Counted from the first letter of the stretch, positions 50,060 through 63,448 are shown. The stretch: 64,000 bases of DNA from Sarea resinae (GCA_026026165.1 JAPEUD010000011.1:62001-126000), one strand, 5' to 3'. Notes: generated by a model from the sequence alone, not told the origin. Numbers and translations: made by a program.

Positions 50060-50565
50060 TTGATCGCTGGTTGGACTTCTTCTTTCCCTTGCCGGTGCAT
50101 GGTGTTATATCGGTTGCTTTAATCTTGCTTAATCTGTGTTTCGTGGTTTGTTTCGTTAGGTCGTTTGTTCTGTGGCTTGAGGGTATCTACTGCGACGGCG
50201 CTTACTTCATTTTGATTTGCCCCTGGCCCTCGGAAGCATTGCCAAGGCGTCCCTATTTGTTCTTATCTCCTTTCTGTTCTCTTTTCCTCCCCCTTTTTTA
50301 TTCGTCGACTTTCTTGTCGAATGCTTACTTTCGCATGTTTTCGGTGGAGAGAGCAGTATATTGCTCTGGCGCAGAGGTCATATCAGAATATCGGTAATAG
50401 ATTTTTCTACTTTTGATTTTCGGCTCCTGTTTCAGCCTTTTACTTTTGGCCCCTCGTTGCCCACGAGATCTCTTTATTGTATCTGCTTTAATCTGTCTCT
50501 TTGAACACTGACCATCTAACTACATCTATCTTAGAATACTAGAATTAGGACCGTAGCCCTCCTTT

Positions 50566-50569
<4 letters not shown>

Positions 50570-50614
<45 letters not shown>

Positions 50615-51150
50615 CTCTACTTTACCCAACCATGCCACAGCAGTTCTCGTATCTGCACTTCTACCCTCCCTAGACCAATCCGTCCGTGTACATCAATCCG
50701 TACACGAGATCTATCCCCACCTCACCTCACCTCACGTAGGGCCATTTTCGTAGAGGATGACTAGGCCCATTTTATATATTTATTTATTCCCCGTGATATA
50801 TTCACGACATTTAGACGACTATCACCATCACCATCTACCATCACCATCACCATCTACCATCACCATCACCATCACCCGCGCCGCCTCCTCCGCCTCCACT
50901 ACCAACGGCTACATACATACATGAATGCACAAGAGAGCTTATGGATCTTTCGGATTCTCTCTCGAGCGTGTAGGTAAAGCTTATGAATCCAAGGGCCGGG
51001 CGGATATTATATGAGGAAGAGACGGGACGGGATGGGATAGGATAGGATAGGACGGGATAAGGGGGGGAATTGGGGATTGGTAAGCCTCATCCCTGTCGCC
51101 GTCCCTGTCGCCATCCTGCTGCCTGCTTGCCTGCTTGCCTGCTTGCCTCT
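50570..51150. repeat. Microsatellite cluster 4
   Basis: Contains (CT)~21 at ~50570-50612, (CACCT)n, (CACCAT)n, (GGATA/GGGAC)n and (TGCCTGCT)n. Confidence 0.8.
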
Positions 51151-52080
51151 CACGGTGCGTGTCCTCGTGCGTGTCTTGGTGGGGTATCGAGGTATGAGGT
51201 ATGAATGTGCTTGTTTTCCTACTCAGGAATAGTTTTTGTTATATCTAAATAGATAAGGGAGGTAGTCAGATATAAGGTAGGCAAGCTGCTGTCAGCGTAC
51301 GTGCGTAGATTGGTAAGTACCTTACTTCTTCGTACATTGTTGTCATCTGGGCAGTGGGCAAGGTAAGGTAGGTAATCACCCATTATCGATCACCATCATT
51401 TCTAAGCGAAAGTCGTGTCCGGTCCTGTCCTCCAGTGTTCTATTTCTGTTCCTGTTTCTGTTCCCCCCTTTCCCTCTTCGGGGTCCGGGTCCTTCACCGA
51501 GCTAGAGGAGATGTCGGACAACAAGCCAAAAGGGTAGCGCCTCCTAAAGAACTTGCTTGTGATTCGTCTACATATTGTATATTCCAACACTAGATTGCCC
51601 GGTAGGTACCTTACTCTTGAACGATAGATAGTTGGATAGCACACGCAAGGGAGAAGGGAGGGCGTCCTACTCTCTCTGCCGCTGCTCCAGGGCTGGCTGT
51701 TTGTTGCTGGACGGAAAAGTAGATAAAAGGCGGGCGGGGGGGCCCTGCGAAGTTTTGTTTGTCTTGAAGGATCAAGAAAATTTTTCTTTTTTGCATTTGT
51801 TCTATTTATTGCTCTTGGAAATCTGTTCGCGATTATTTGTCGATGAGATCAATTGCATGTTTCCATCTCCTGGTCGATCACCTCCAAGAACCCTGTCTCT
51901 GAAAAGTTGTGGTCCTGATCAAGATCTCTTTTATAGTCTCGCTGCAGCGACCAGATAGTATTCGTGGTCTATCTTATCCAACGTCGGTCCTGAGACCTGA
52001 ACCCTCCGATCTACTGTTGCTTTTACAAGTCCCCACCCCTCGCAAACAAAAAGAAAACAGACCCGTTTCTACATACACCA

Positions 52081-53064
52081 TTGCAATCCCCCCTCGCCAC
52101 GAAGCCGTACAGTGGTACCGTTCTGATCACGGGCGGGACCTCCGGCCTGGGTTATCACTGTGCTCTCAACATCGCCAGACAACACCCCGAATACCTCGTC
52201 GTGCTTGCCTCACGTACGGACCGTGAATCGGCCGCTACATCGATCAACACGTCCCTCGGTCAGGAGAACGTCATATACCTTCCGCTCGACCTCTCCAGCC
52301 TCGCCAAGGTCCGCTCATTCGCCAAAGAATGGGAGAGCGAAGACTTCCCTCCTATCCGTGCCTTGCTCCTGAACGCGGGTTTGCAATTCCCCGATGGCGT
52401 CCGCAAGACCGACGATGGGATAGAGGCAACGTTTGCCATCAACCACGTCGGCCACGCTCTCTTGTTTCACCTCCTGCTCCCGCACCTGGCAGACCGAGCG
52501 CGCGTCGTCATTACGTCAAGTGGAGTGCACGATCCAGCGCAGAAGACCGGTATGCCCGACGCCAAGTACACCAGCGCCGAAGAGCTGGCCCATCCAACAC
52601 CCGATTCGGTCAAGGACGATGGCCCGCAGCGCTATTCCAGCAGTAAGCTGGCCAACGTCCTGTGGACTTATGCTCTTCAAAGACGATTGACAAGTATGCC
52701 GGGAAAGCATGTCTCCGTCGTTGCGTTCGACCCAGGTCTGATGCCAGGGACGGGGCTCGCTCGAGAGTATGATGCTGTTACGCGCTGGGTCTGGACCTAC
52801 TTGCTGCCTTATATTATCCCTCTGCTACGCCGTGTGGTGTTGGCGAACACCAATACTCCCCAGGAGTCCGGTGCGAACCTAGCAAGGCTCGCGGTGAGTC
52901 CCGAAGTGGAGGGTGTTAGCGGGGTATATTATGAAGGAAGCAAGGACATCAAGACGAGCGACGAAAGCTATGAGAAAGAAAAGCAGGATGATCTTTGGAA
53001 ATGGACAGTGAAGAATACTGCGATCAATGACGAAGAAACTGCCAAGTTTGAGATCGTCAGCTAA
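52081..53064 (+). CDS. Short-chain dehydrogenase (retinol dehydrogenase/WWOX/protochlorophyllide-reductase-like); no in-frame ATG start visible
   Basis: Intact intronless frame with VLITGGTSGLG, LDLSSL, LLLNAG, FAINHVGH, catalytic YSSSK and FDPGLMPGTGLAR. The start codon is unresolved (TTG at 52081 or ACG at 52099). Confidence 0.85.
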   Translation: MQSPLATKPYSGTVLITGGTSGLGYHCALNIARQHPEYLVVLASRTDRESAATSINTSLGQENVIYLPLDLSSLAKVRSFAKEWESEDFPPIRALLLNAGLQFPDGVRKTDDGIEATFAINHVGHALLFHLLLPHLADRARVVITSSGVHDPAQKTGMPDAKYTSAEELAHPTPDSVKDDGPQRYSSSKLANVLWTYALQRRLTSMPGKHVSVVAFDPGLMPGTGLAREYDAVTRWVWTYLLPYIIPLLRRVVLANTNTPQESGANLARLAVSPEVEGVSGVYYEGSKDIKTSDESYEKEKQDDLWKWTVKNTAINDEETAKFEIVS

Positions 53065-56000
53065 TCGGCTGGGATGCTTGGAACAATCATTCTTCTTACT
53101 ACTACGAGTCCTTAGTCACCCTCGGAGCTTCATGCAAGAGTTATTGATCATTATTTGTAAAGTCTCGAAGTGCATATTGGCAATGAGACATGCTCGATTG
53201 CGGAGACGCGGTGGATCATCCGGCTCGTTGTTTTCGACGGCATGCAAGTGGTTTGACACCGGTGGATGATGATGGAAAGAGTAGGTAGGCGAGTGGGTAT
53301 GTTTCTGAACATGTGATCGAGTAGAGGAGATAGATGCATGTGTGAGGGAATGACGTGCATAGCCTTTTAGAAAGGAGTAGCAGTCTATCAAGGTTTTAAA
53401 TTGGATAGAAAAGGCTTATCAATCAGAGGGTCAGTCAACTGATCAGTAAGCCCACCGGTCAGTTACGCCAGCATGATCTGGGAAAACAAACCAGCCTAGC
53501 TGCCGTAGCAGGAATCAGAGCGAAGAGTGATCTGGAGACTCAGAGGCCTTGACTTGGGAACGTGGATATTCTTTTGATGGAAATGACCAAAAAACGTAGC
53601 GTAAGTAACTCTGTCAATATCCTGTAGATTAATAACACGACTAGAAGCAGCAGCCTAGGTTTCACGGAGCATGTCCAGCTGAAGCACAAGACACAAGACA
53701 GCCCTCTGACTAGATTGAAAGTGCATGATAAAAGGATGTGAAGCGAATTACGGCACAGATGCCGATGGTTGCATTTCGGAAAGGAGTATACACGTGAGAT
53801 CTATGTTTGCCTCCGAGGAAGCGATAATTAGTCTGTTAAGGATGACCAGTCGAACCAAGCAGGCGTGCATGAACACCGTCTCAGCTGAGAAATGGATAGA
53901 CGGAATTGTAGGACCTATGGAGTTGTGATCAATATCGCGACAATTGCGATCATGTGGGGGAGCGCATGAGGCAGAAGCGCATAAGTAGATGTGTCGTAGA
54001 TGCTAGGCTTTTGTATCGATCTTTGTAGCGGCTGCTGTCACTGCAATGCCAGGACAAGGTAGAGCGGATCGAGAGCTTGGCAGATAGAGTGGGATGTAAT
54101 CGAAGACTTTTCCGGCATTGCTGTATCATTTTTGCTCTCCCTCTTCTAATACCTCGCACGCCATATCATTATAGTACTGCAGTCAATCAGAGGTCAGTCA
54201 TTCATGCATACAGCTAGCTGGGCAGGAAAGCTCATCGATTCGGCATGCATGGACATATAATCGGCGGAGCAAGTACGAAAGAGAAAGCATCACATAGCTA
54301 ACTCGTAATCGTGGTCATGATTGTGATCAGCTGACTGGCGCAGAACAAAGGTTCGATCTTCTGTTGTTCAGAGAAAGACTAATCGTAATAGAAGTAACAA
54401 CTTGGTCTCTGCGTTACAAGACAAGGTATTGCAGATCGAGGCTTGTGCGGATGATGGCGGATGAAGTGGTAGAGTCCTCGGGCGTGTTTGTGTCCTTGCT
54501 CTTCTCCGAGATCCTGCACGTTTCATTGCATTCGGAGGGCGCTTACCTTCCCCATACACCCACATAGCTTGGTACCACCGTGTGCGCCTTTCCCCTGGTG
54601 GTGAGAATTGAGCAAACTTCGGAGGTGCTCTTTCCTCTGCGAAGTGGTCAACAGCGCAAGAGTGAACAGTCACGATTCACCTATCGTTGGCTTGGCGTGC
54701 CACGGCTGCAGATGCAATAGACCGAGAGAGCGAGGCGCGTCCCATTGACATCCTGAGGCGGCCCTCTAGTCGTGGACCGCGACCTATTTGGTGCCAACTT
54801 GGTATGGGTGTAACAAGAGACTTGGTATGCTAAGTGTCGCGATGATCAGAAGCTTGTTTGCCGGTCTCAGTGCCAACGGCCAGCCCAAGCTCTCGTAAGT
54901 CTGCGTAGAGATTGGGCTTCAGCAGAATGAAACCAACCAAGAGCATTATATCTTATTAATCGCTCGTTTTCGGCTTTTTCGGTTTCCTCATACCCACGAG
55001 CTTGTGTCCACCAACTGTCTTAAGGAAATGTATAGAGTAAGTCGCCTTTGCTTCCAGAAACGTCAAGGCCTGCCACGGATGATGCAAGGTCGAAGGACGA
55101 ATGGAATACTTCTTTACGTTCTACACGATGTGAGACCAACCGATCCTCGTCGAAAGCCACGCGATATGCTCATGCTCATGCCCAAGCTCAAGTCAAAAGG
55201 TTCATCCCTTCAGCATGCGTAGGCCTTGCATTCAATCCACAGTCCGGGCCGGGACGGGGCCTTCCGCGCGCGCCATCGGGGTACCACCAGCGTGGTGGCT
55301 TGCGATTTTGCCGTGAGAAGTCCGGAAATTGGTGGTTCGTATCTGCTGTCAGTGTGCCATTATTGTGCGACACAAGCAGTTAGTTGGTCTGCTTAATGTG
55401 TGGTCGCTACACATTAGTTTCCACCCACGAGGGCCAAAGATCAACGCTGCAGCCACCTGGCTTGGGGAGGTGCTCGCCCGAGCCAGGGCTATTCCAGTAC
55501 CTCGATCCCTGTGGCAAGATGATGATGATGATAATGATGCTCCGTAGCAATGCAACACAAAAAGAGGAGTGACGGAAACTGTGAAAAGAAAATTATTAGA
55601 ATCTGAGGGCGCAGATAATTTCTGACACTATCAGACTGGCCCAATGTCAACAGCTATAGTAGGCGTCTAGGGTCCAGGAAAGACATTAGTCCGATTTGCC
55701 TATTGGTGGCTTGATAATTTTTGCATCTTTCTTAAGCAGCTTCTTGAGATGTTGCTGCGCTTAAGCGGCAACTTGCAAGCCACGGGGATGGCCGGAAGAG
55801 ACTGATGGAACGTCAAGAAGCAATACTTCTTTGTAGTTGGCATTGGAAATCGGCAAGTGCTATCAGCTGCCTGAACGGTACAAAGCATATTGAGGAACAG
55901 ACACATCCACTCTCGGGTCAGGTGATGACAGCACGGAGAGGCCGAACGAACAAATCTTCCAAGTATGCACGATGTAGTCGTGCAATTGCTGATGTGCGGG

Positions 56001-59000
56001 CGGTGGAAGAGTCAGTCACAAGGCGTGCCGAATCCTCGAGTCTGCTCGGTTGGACGCACCCTTGTTGCTGAGCTGCGTCAGGGAGGCTTCAGGAACTCAT
56101 CTACTCCGGAGTATCGTCGTGCAAAGGCATAGGGCAGGCAAGGGGAGTCGGTCCCGGGTCCTCTCATTGCTGCGTACAGCTCTGGAAGTCCTCGTACGCT
56201 TAGTACTACGTAGTAGAGGCAATCGCGAGCTTCCAGAACTACTCCGTGTAGGATTAGTCAGGTGGTGGAAGACCTCTCTTCGATCCCCTCGTTCCTCTGC
56301 GTCCGATGCGACCGGTATTGTTCAAGGGTCGGTCCCACCATAAAGGATCGCAAGGAAGTGAAAGAGGGGCCAACTGGGACCCGCGGCGGCCATGGTTCGG
56401 GGCAGCAAATAAGAGCAAAAGGCGCCTCGACCGGGGTCATGGCTGGGCCAGCTGCCAACTCCGGACCCCGCAGTTACCGCGGGATTTCCGTTCTCAAGCT
56501 CTGAGCCCGCCACCGTCGTGGGCTAGGATCGCATTGACCGCCTCCTGAGCCTGAAACAAGTTTCCGCAGCTGTCAGCACAGCGATTGATGAAAACTTCCC
56601 ACCAGCAACATATTCGTATAGATATGGATATCGTATGGATCCGAGTCTTATCGACCCAGGATCCCAACGGCATCCCAAGGTATGCAATGGAAGTAGAATC
56701 CCTATCTCAAGAGGGACAATACAGTTTCGGATAACGTCTCTACTTTAGTTCATGCTACCGATCCTAGGTCCGCCTCACACGTAGAACGCCGGAAGGCTAA
56801 TGCATCAGGTATTAAATAGGGTTTCGAGTAAAGGGTTCGTTGGATGTCTGGTTCCAAGGCTCTGCATCTTCTCTTTATCTATATGCGCATCTTCATCTCG
56901 CGAGCCTGCACAGGGAAGGCTCTCCCGAAAAGGCGTCGACCTGCCTCAGGGCTGTTCTCGTGAATGTCTGTCACAGAGCAGAAAGGGGGACACTCGATCA
57001 GTCAGCTATTCAGCTTCTGCCTCCTCACCGACAGGTGACTGTGTTCCATATAACATTACAGCCATCCGTCATGTCAGACTTTCATGGACAAGCGCTGCTA
57101 ACTCGCCGGTCAAGCACTCAACGTGCGCTACAGTATCAGAAGACGTCTAGGTTGGGAAACCAAACAGCCTGCTGTAAACATGGCGTTAAGCTAAGGTATA
57201 ATGATTTAATAATGTTTTACCTATCTTTCTCCTACCGCTACTCAGCATATACAGAGGCATTTTAAGATAAATCGCCCGAACTTATTCGCCGGTTCATGTA
57301 AGGCAACACAAGGTAAACGAGACTTACATAGTCGAGGAGAAATATACTTGGCGCAGTAGCAGTACGAGGTAGATTGAGTGGTGAAGCTTTGGAGTACGGA
57401 GTAGTGGAGATATCTCGTAAAGGGATACCACATTGGCCGCAGCCCTCCGTCGCTAAAGTCGTCCCGCCCCAACAGGGTCCATGGTCTTGGAAAAGCCCAC
57501 AGCACGAAACCGAGATGTCGGGTCCATCTCACCACCCATCTATTGGAGGTTGGAAGTAAGGCAAGGTTGCTCGTTCGATCCACCCTGAAATTCTTCGTTC
57601 GAGCCGTCCCTCACGCTGCTCGAGCACCTCCACCGTCACAGCCGAACGAAATGAAAACGTTATTGACGACTGTACCAGAGGCTCGTGAAATTGCTTAGGT
57701 GAATAGCATGTGGTTGGAGCCGTCTCATCTGGATATCGAATCACCTCATTATGATTATGATCACGACAATTGCTTGCACTGCAGCTCAGTGGATTTCCAA
57801 TCTTCACCTCAATCCGTACATCTCTGTTGCTATCTAATTCGAGACTACGTACAAAGTACAAAGTACGACAATCACCCGTGGCTAAGCCAACACGCTGTCG
57901 CCCGTCCGTCATGATCGTTTGTCGATCTCTTTCCGACATCATCCACTGCCTTTCACCTACGACAGCTAGCAGGTATGGCGCTCCCTGTCACCGAGCCATT
58001 TCTCGACATTGTATTTTGTGTAAAGGCCAAAACAACCAGATTCAGGCGTCCTATCCGGACTCCGGCATTGATGTTGCTAGTAACGCCGACGGAATATCCG
58101 GGCTCGACGCATGATCGCAAGAGGTATCACAGGGATGTGCACGCCTGCAAGCCCCGCGAATCGACCACTCCTGTCTGAGCTGCGGGCTTTTGACAGGCTT
58201 CTCCGGCCAACAATCAAATGCAGGAGGTGCAGAAAGCCAGCCCATCATTCCCACCACGCTGGGTCTCGCTCTCTTTACGGTCTCCAATGCCTGCAAGGTG
58301 AGGTCGTGGTGGGCTCCTACGTACCAGTGGGAACCAGGGTACGGCACGTCGAGGCATAGTGTGCTTCCAATGCTTTGGCATGCGACGGCGTTGGTGCCGG
58401 CTCTGTGCCTGCAAGCAACCAAGCTGCAAGCCCACCTTGCCGCGATGGATGATTCTTACACATGCCTACCTCACATACGCCGCACAGTGGAGGTGCAGTA
58501 GCTGGGGAGTAGGTAGGCGTACCGAGCATGTACACGAGCATGGTGTGAGGTTTCACAGCGTGTGATGGAAGGAAAGTTAAGTTGACCGACATACATGAAG
58601 TTTGAAGGAATTTTGCGCTGCATTCGTCTCCGATCCTGTCCTGTCCATGTATGTAACGTACAGACAGGACGAGCTGGCCACGGGGAGGCCTTGTAAACGC
58701 CAAAGCCCGCTTGGTGCATTTTACAGTTTGTGGGTTGGGCGTTCGCCAGATGCTGTGCTTGCACAGCTGTGAACCACCTACCTTTTGGCCATGTCAAACC
58801 CCGGATGTCTCGCGCGGGTATGGGAATGGGCGTGGGCGTGGACCTGGGCGCATCTCGCGCGGAGCACCAGCAGCAGCACCACCCCCAAACTCCAAAAAGT
58901 TGCCGTTACCGCTCCGCTTCTAGTTCCCTCTTAGTCTATCATCGTGGGCCCCTGACCCTGACCGTCTTTCGCAAGATAAAATGTCTGATCTCATGGCGCT

Positions 59001-60012
59001 TGATTAGCGGGTCCGCTGATCCTTAACGTTAATTGCGTAGTCAGCGCGGTTAAGGCCAAAAATGCTCCAGGCGCTTGACGAAGTCCGGTACGCTTGCATG
59101 GGTCCCGTTCCCTCCACTTATTGTTCAATTGGCGAGACCGAGGAAGAGGATACCACTGTATTGGGAGAGCGTGATGGCGAGTCGACCGAAAGACTTGGAC
59201 AGTCAGTCAGACACGGGCCTGATCACTCCAGCTAGCATCCTACGTGAGCAGCTCGGACTAGTTCATTCGACCTCCACCAAACCGTTATCATGCCTGTATA
59301 GCGGACAACCTTGCCATTACGACCTGACTGCTCATTGCAGGAGAGGAGGTAAGATATACCGAACGAGGGAGAACCAGGCCGCCAGGTACTTAGCTGAGGT
59401 AGGTGCTGAAGCTGAAGCTACTTGATTCTAGCAGCCTGGCTAGAGGGATTAGCTCGCTCGCTCGCTCCGAGGAAGGGATGGGATAGTCGCAATAGAGATT
59501 CCCAGCTCCTAAGCCCAGGTAGGCGATGCTACTATTACTCCTGCTCGCTACATGAGGTGGGTAGAGTACTTCAGTACTATGTAGTAAACGACTCTCCTAC
59601 TACTTGGACCCTCCCTCCCTGATACCTACCTAAAGGTAGGTATCCATGGATCCGTACCCGCCCCCCTCTTACCGTCGAAGCTGAGGTACTATGTATGGAC
59701 TGCAGTACCGGACTAATCCCCTATGTCCTACCTGTATCCATGGATCCCTCTCCCACCCTTGACGTCCGTTTCCAGGCGAGCTATCCGCGATATCCACGAA
59801 CGTCGATGATTTCGACACGAAACAGGGCTACGGAAGATACATGCTGGAGACCTAAAATGGGGACGGGAACCATTCGTGACTCCTCTCCCCCTCCATCCCG
59901 CATAACCCGCATATCCCGCATAACCCGTAGAGAACGCTGAGGAAAAGTCCCCTAGACGCCTGACCCGACGCTTTGGTTCGGGAAGACACAAAGTCAATCT
60001 CTTGGTTCTCTC

Positions 60013-60084
60013 TGGTCGCTGTGGTCGCCGTGGTCGCCGTGGTCGCTGTGGTCTCGCTGGTCTCGCTGGTCTCGCCGGTCTCTC
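60013..60084. repeat. 9-bp minisatellite, (TGGTCGCYG)x4 followed by (TGGTCTCGC)x4, last unit degenerate
   Basis: Read directly from the sequence, about 0.9 kb upstream of laeA. Confidence 0.8.
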
Positions 60085-60983
60085 TCCAGTCAGTCGTGGA
60101 TGAGTGGCCGGCCTCCCTCCCATGGCAGTTAGTACCTCGATTGCCTTCCAATACCCATCCGGCCTCTTTCGCTTCCCTCTGGTCTTCGATTGTTCTTTTC
60201 CTCTGGCCCCCCGTTTCTCTGTCGTTCGTCACCTTGTTCGCCCTCCGACCCGGCCTGCTTCTCTGCCTGAGGGGCGGTCGGTGATCTGCCTTTCGTCGCC
60301 GTAGACCGACATATTCTTGACTCCCATCAACCTTGGCCACCTACCCTACCTTGCCTACTCACTTACTCGCAAACTACTACCTTGCCGCCCTCTGGCAGGG
60401 TACTTCGTACTTCCCTTCGTACTTCCATCCAATTCATTACCTCCATTCCACCCCATCCCATCCCATCTCATCCCATCCCATCCCATCCCATCCATCCCAT
60501 CCCATCTCATCACATCCTATCCCGGCACCGCTACAGCACCGACGGACTGTGACCGCGTGGGACTGAAAGTGGATCGGCAACCAGCGCAGCACTTTCTTGG
60601 TCATTCGTCCTGTCAGTTGCTCACCGCACAGGCGACTATTTGACGCGCAGTGTGTCACCTAACCTTCCTTACTTTACGACCTGCTCTATTCACCTTACAT
60701 GGCTTGCCCGCCTTACCTTACCTGAATCTTCCTCACTTGAAGTCTCAACTGCTCAATTTGATCAAATCCGAAACCCCTTCGCCCTGGTTTTGGGTCCCGC
60801 GCGCGATCCCCTCGTGGCAGTCGTACTCGTACTCGTGCTCGTGCTCGTGGAAAGCGCTTCTTGCTTGGCCGTGGTCGATGTCTCGTCGCTCTACTGTCGC
60901 TTCCCTCCACTTATACACCCCACCAAACCACTCCCCGAGACTGGCGCGCAGACCTGCACCAGAACTTGTCGATACTCTTCCCG

Positions 60984-62368
60984 ATGGTCACCATGGCTTC
61001 GAACGGGTATGTCTACTGAGTGGGCAATTCACGTCCAGACCCTCTCCACATGGAGCCCCGTGTGAAGTCAAACCTCTGACCGAGGCCCCACAGATTGCCC
61101 GTACCGCTGCCTCCTAACCACATCGAACATGGACGACTATTTCACGGCTTTCGAAAGGGCATCTACATGTATCCTTGCGATGAGGTATTTTCCAGTTCCT
61201 CGGTGCTGAAAACGTCGCTGATCACAAGAGCGTCCAGCAAGAGAAAGATCGCATGGATATCTACCACAAATTCTTCCAAGTCGCCAGAAACGAACGATTG
61301 CACAAGGCGCCGATGATACCAAATAATTTGGGTCCGCCGAGAATTTTAGACCTTGGGTGCGGCACTGGTATATGGGCTATAGACATGGCGGAGTAAGCTC
61401 CTCGCACGCTGTCGAGAAATTTGGCATCGAACCAAAAGCTGACGTCTCAATTTCTTATAGCCAGTATCCCGAAGCAGAGGTTAGCACCGCCTGCTTCCTT
61501 GCAGTGACAGAGAATGGTCAGCTAAAAGATAAAAGGTCTTAGGAATGGACTTGGCGAATATTCAGCCCCAACAGTAAACATCCACACTCGCCCGTGTAAC
61601 ATATATATTTGAGCTAATATATTATAGGATCCCTCCGAATCTTCGCTTCCGCGTCCCACGCGATTACGAAAGTCTTTGGTATCTGGGTGAGGATTCTTGC
61701 GATCTCATACATCTGCGGATGGGCTGCGGCAGCGTCTCGAGCTGGCCAGAATTATATCAGAAAATATTCTTGTATGCTTTTCCCGGGAGAGATGACTACA
61801 ACGATACTGATTCTTCATCTTTGAGGCATCTCAAACCAGGTTTCGGAAGTATGGAACAAGTCGAAATTGATCTACAGCCGCGGTGCGACGATGGTACTCT
61901 GGCGTTTCTTCCCATGGTACAATGGTATGAGTGGGTATGTGACGCCACCCAGCGTGCTTCGAGGCCTATAGCCTACCAGCATAATACGAGGCAGTTGTTG
62001 GAATCCCAAGGCTTTGTCGACATTCAAGAAGAGATCATCCAGATTCCTCTCAATGCGTGGCCCGCAGACCCTCAACAAAAGATTGTGGGTAGATGGTATA
62101 ACCTAGGCCTAACGGAAGGTCTCGAGGCATATAGCTTAGGGCCTCTGACGAGGGTGTATAATTGGCCTGTTGGTGATGTACGGAGGCTTTGTGCAGAAGT
62201 AAAGGCGCAAATGTGCAAAAAGAGTGTGCATGCGTACAACAACATGTGAGTCAACGTTCTGCCCCAAATCTCAGCTGCTACTTGATAGTATTTTTAAGAA
62301 CAATGAACAAGAGAGCTAACGCTGACCCCTGAAAAAGTCATATCTGGACCGCAAGGCGACCTCAGTGA
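60984..62368 (+). CDS. laeA: LaeA/Lae1 SAM-dependent methyltransferase (velvet-complex regulator of secondary metabolism), 8 exons
   Basis: Exons 60984 (or 60993)-61006, 61094-61184, 61238-61392, 61461-61479, 61536-61573, 61628-61771, 61826-62245, 62338-62368. It has [37 protein letters not shown], the SAM motif [31 protein letters not shown] and ends HIWTARRPQ*. Orthology to LaeA rather than a LaeA-like paralog needs a phylogeny. Confidence 0.88.
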
Positions 62369-63387
62369 TGTGCAGGTCCCGATGAATCCTGCGAGCGGTA
62401 GTTAGATTGAAAAGAACCTTTGCATTGGGCGGTTTCAGTCGATTTATCATTTCGCAATTACTATTCCAAAATGCCGCAGCTACTTTCGATCGCAGCGACA
62501 ACAGCGATTCCCTTCCATGCACAGAGGAGACTACCTCGAGCCCTAATCAATGATTGCGGCAGAGCGACCTTCTCAAAGAATGAGGATGAAGACAGAGGCT
62601 TTGAGGCTGGAGCCGAAGACTGAGGGCCGCTTTACCAGACTCGTGCGGCTGCATCAGCATTCAACTCGAGCAGGCAATTGCTATCGGGGTAGCATATCCG
62701 GACAGGCGGGGTGGAGGGGGTTTGGTGTGGTATGACATGGCGACTGTGGTTATGTGGTCGAAGGATACGGACAGTCGGGTGATCTCGACAATGAATTTAC
62801 GGGTTAGGCTTGCGTTCTTGAACTTTCTTCCATGCACTCTAGCGACGGCGTTTTTCACAGGGGAGGTACAGGGGCCTTGTGTCCATACCCTGATAGAACC
62901 TAATGTTTTAGACTGCGTGGGGGAGGGAGTAGGTGTTAGAGAATCTCGCAAAGCGCTGCGTTCAGCATGGCCGAAAATCATAAGCTTGCTTGGCGACTGG
63001 CTCGTGTTTAGCCTGTTGACGTAGTGACTGCATGTGGGCCTGCAGATGCTCCAGCCCCTCTCCTTAATATAGGATATCTTCATGATGCTTTCCTTCCCAA
63101 TATAAGAGGTCCGCAGGTACACTAAAGAACTCGGAATGGCTGCCGCTGGCGTTGGCGGGGGCGTCAATTGTAAAGCTCTACACTGGATGCTTCCATCTGT
63201 TGCGCACTGGACGCTGTTCTCTCCATGGAAGCCTTCGAGAATTCCGAGAGTAGAGGGCAAAAGCAGAAATTAAGCTCGCCGGGCGCTAAGCCGATACGAG
63301 ATTAGAGCTCCCACAATCGAAGGACTGGGATCAATATGGATTCCCATCTATCCGAAGTAGCTTCGTACTTCATGCCTCTTCATGCCT

Positions 63388-63448
63388 CTCCAACTCTCCA
63401 ACTCTCCAATACTCCAAGACTCCAAGACTCCAAGACTCCAAAACTCCA
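63388..63448. repeat. Short (CTCCAAGA)-type tandem repeat
   Basis: Units read ctccaact ctccaact ctccaata ctccaaga ctccaaga ctccaaga ctccaaaa ctccag. Confidence 0.75.

Noticed and set aside
54285..54370. tRNA-like words (TAGCTAA..GGTTCGATC)
   Set aside because: The T-stem and acceptor stem do not pair, so no cloverleaf forms.
62661..63260. 199-aa minus-strand ORF downstream of laeA
   Set aside because: TTG start and no recognisable motif or codon bias; it cannot be supported without BLAST or RNA data.
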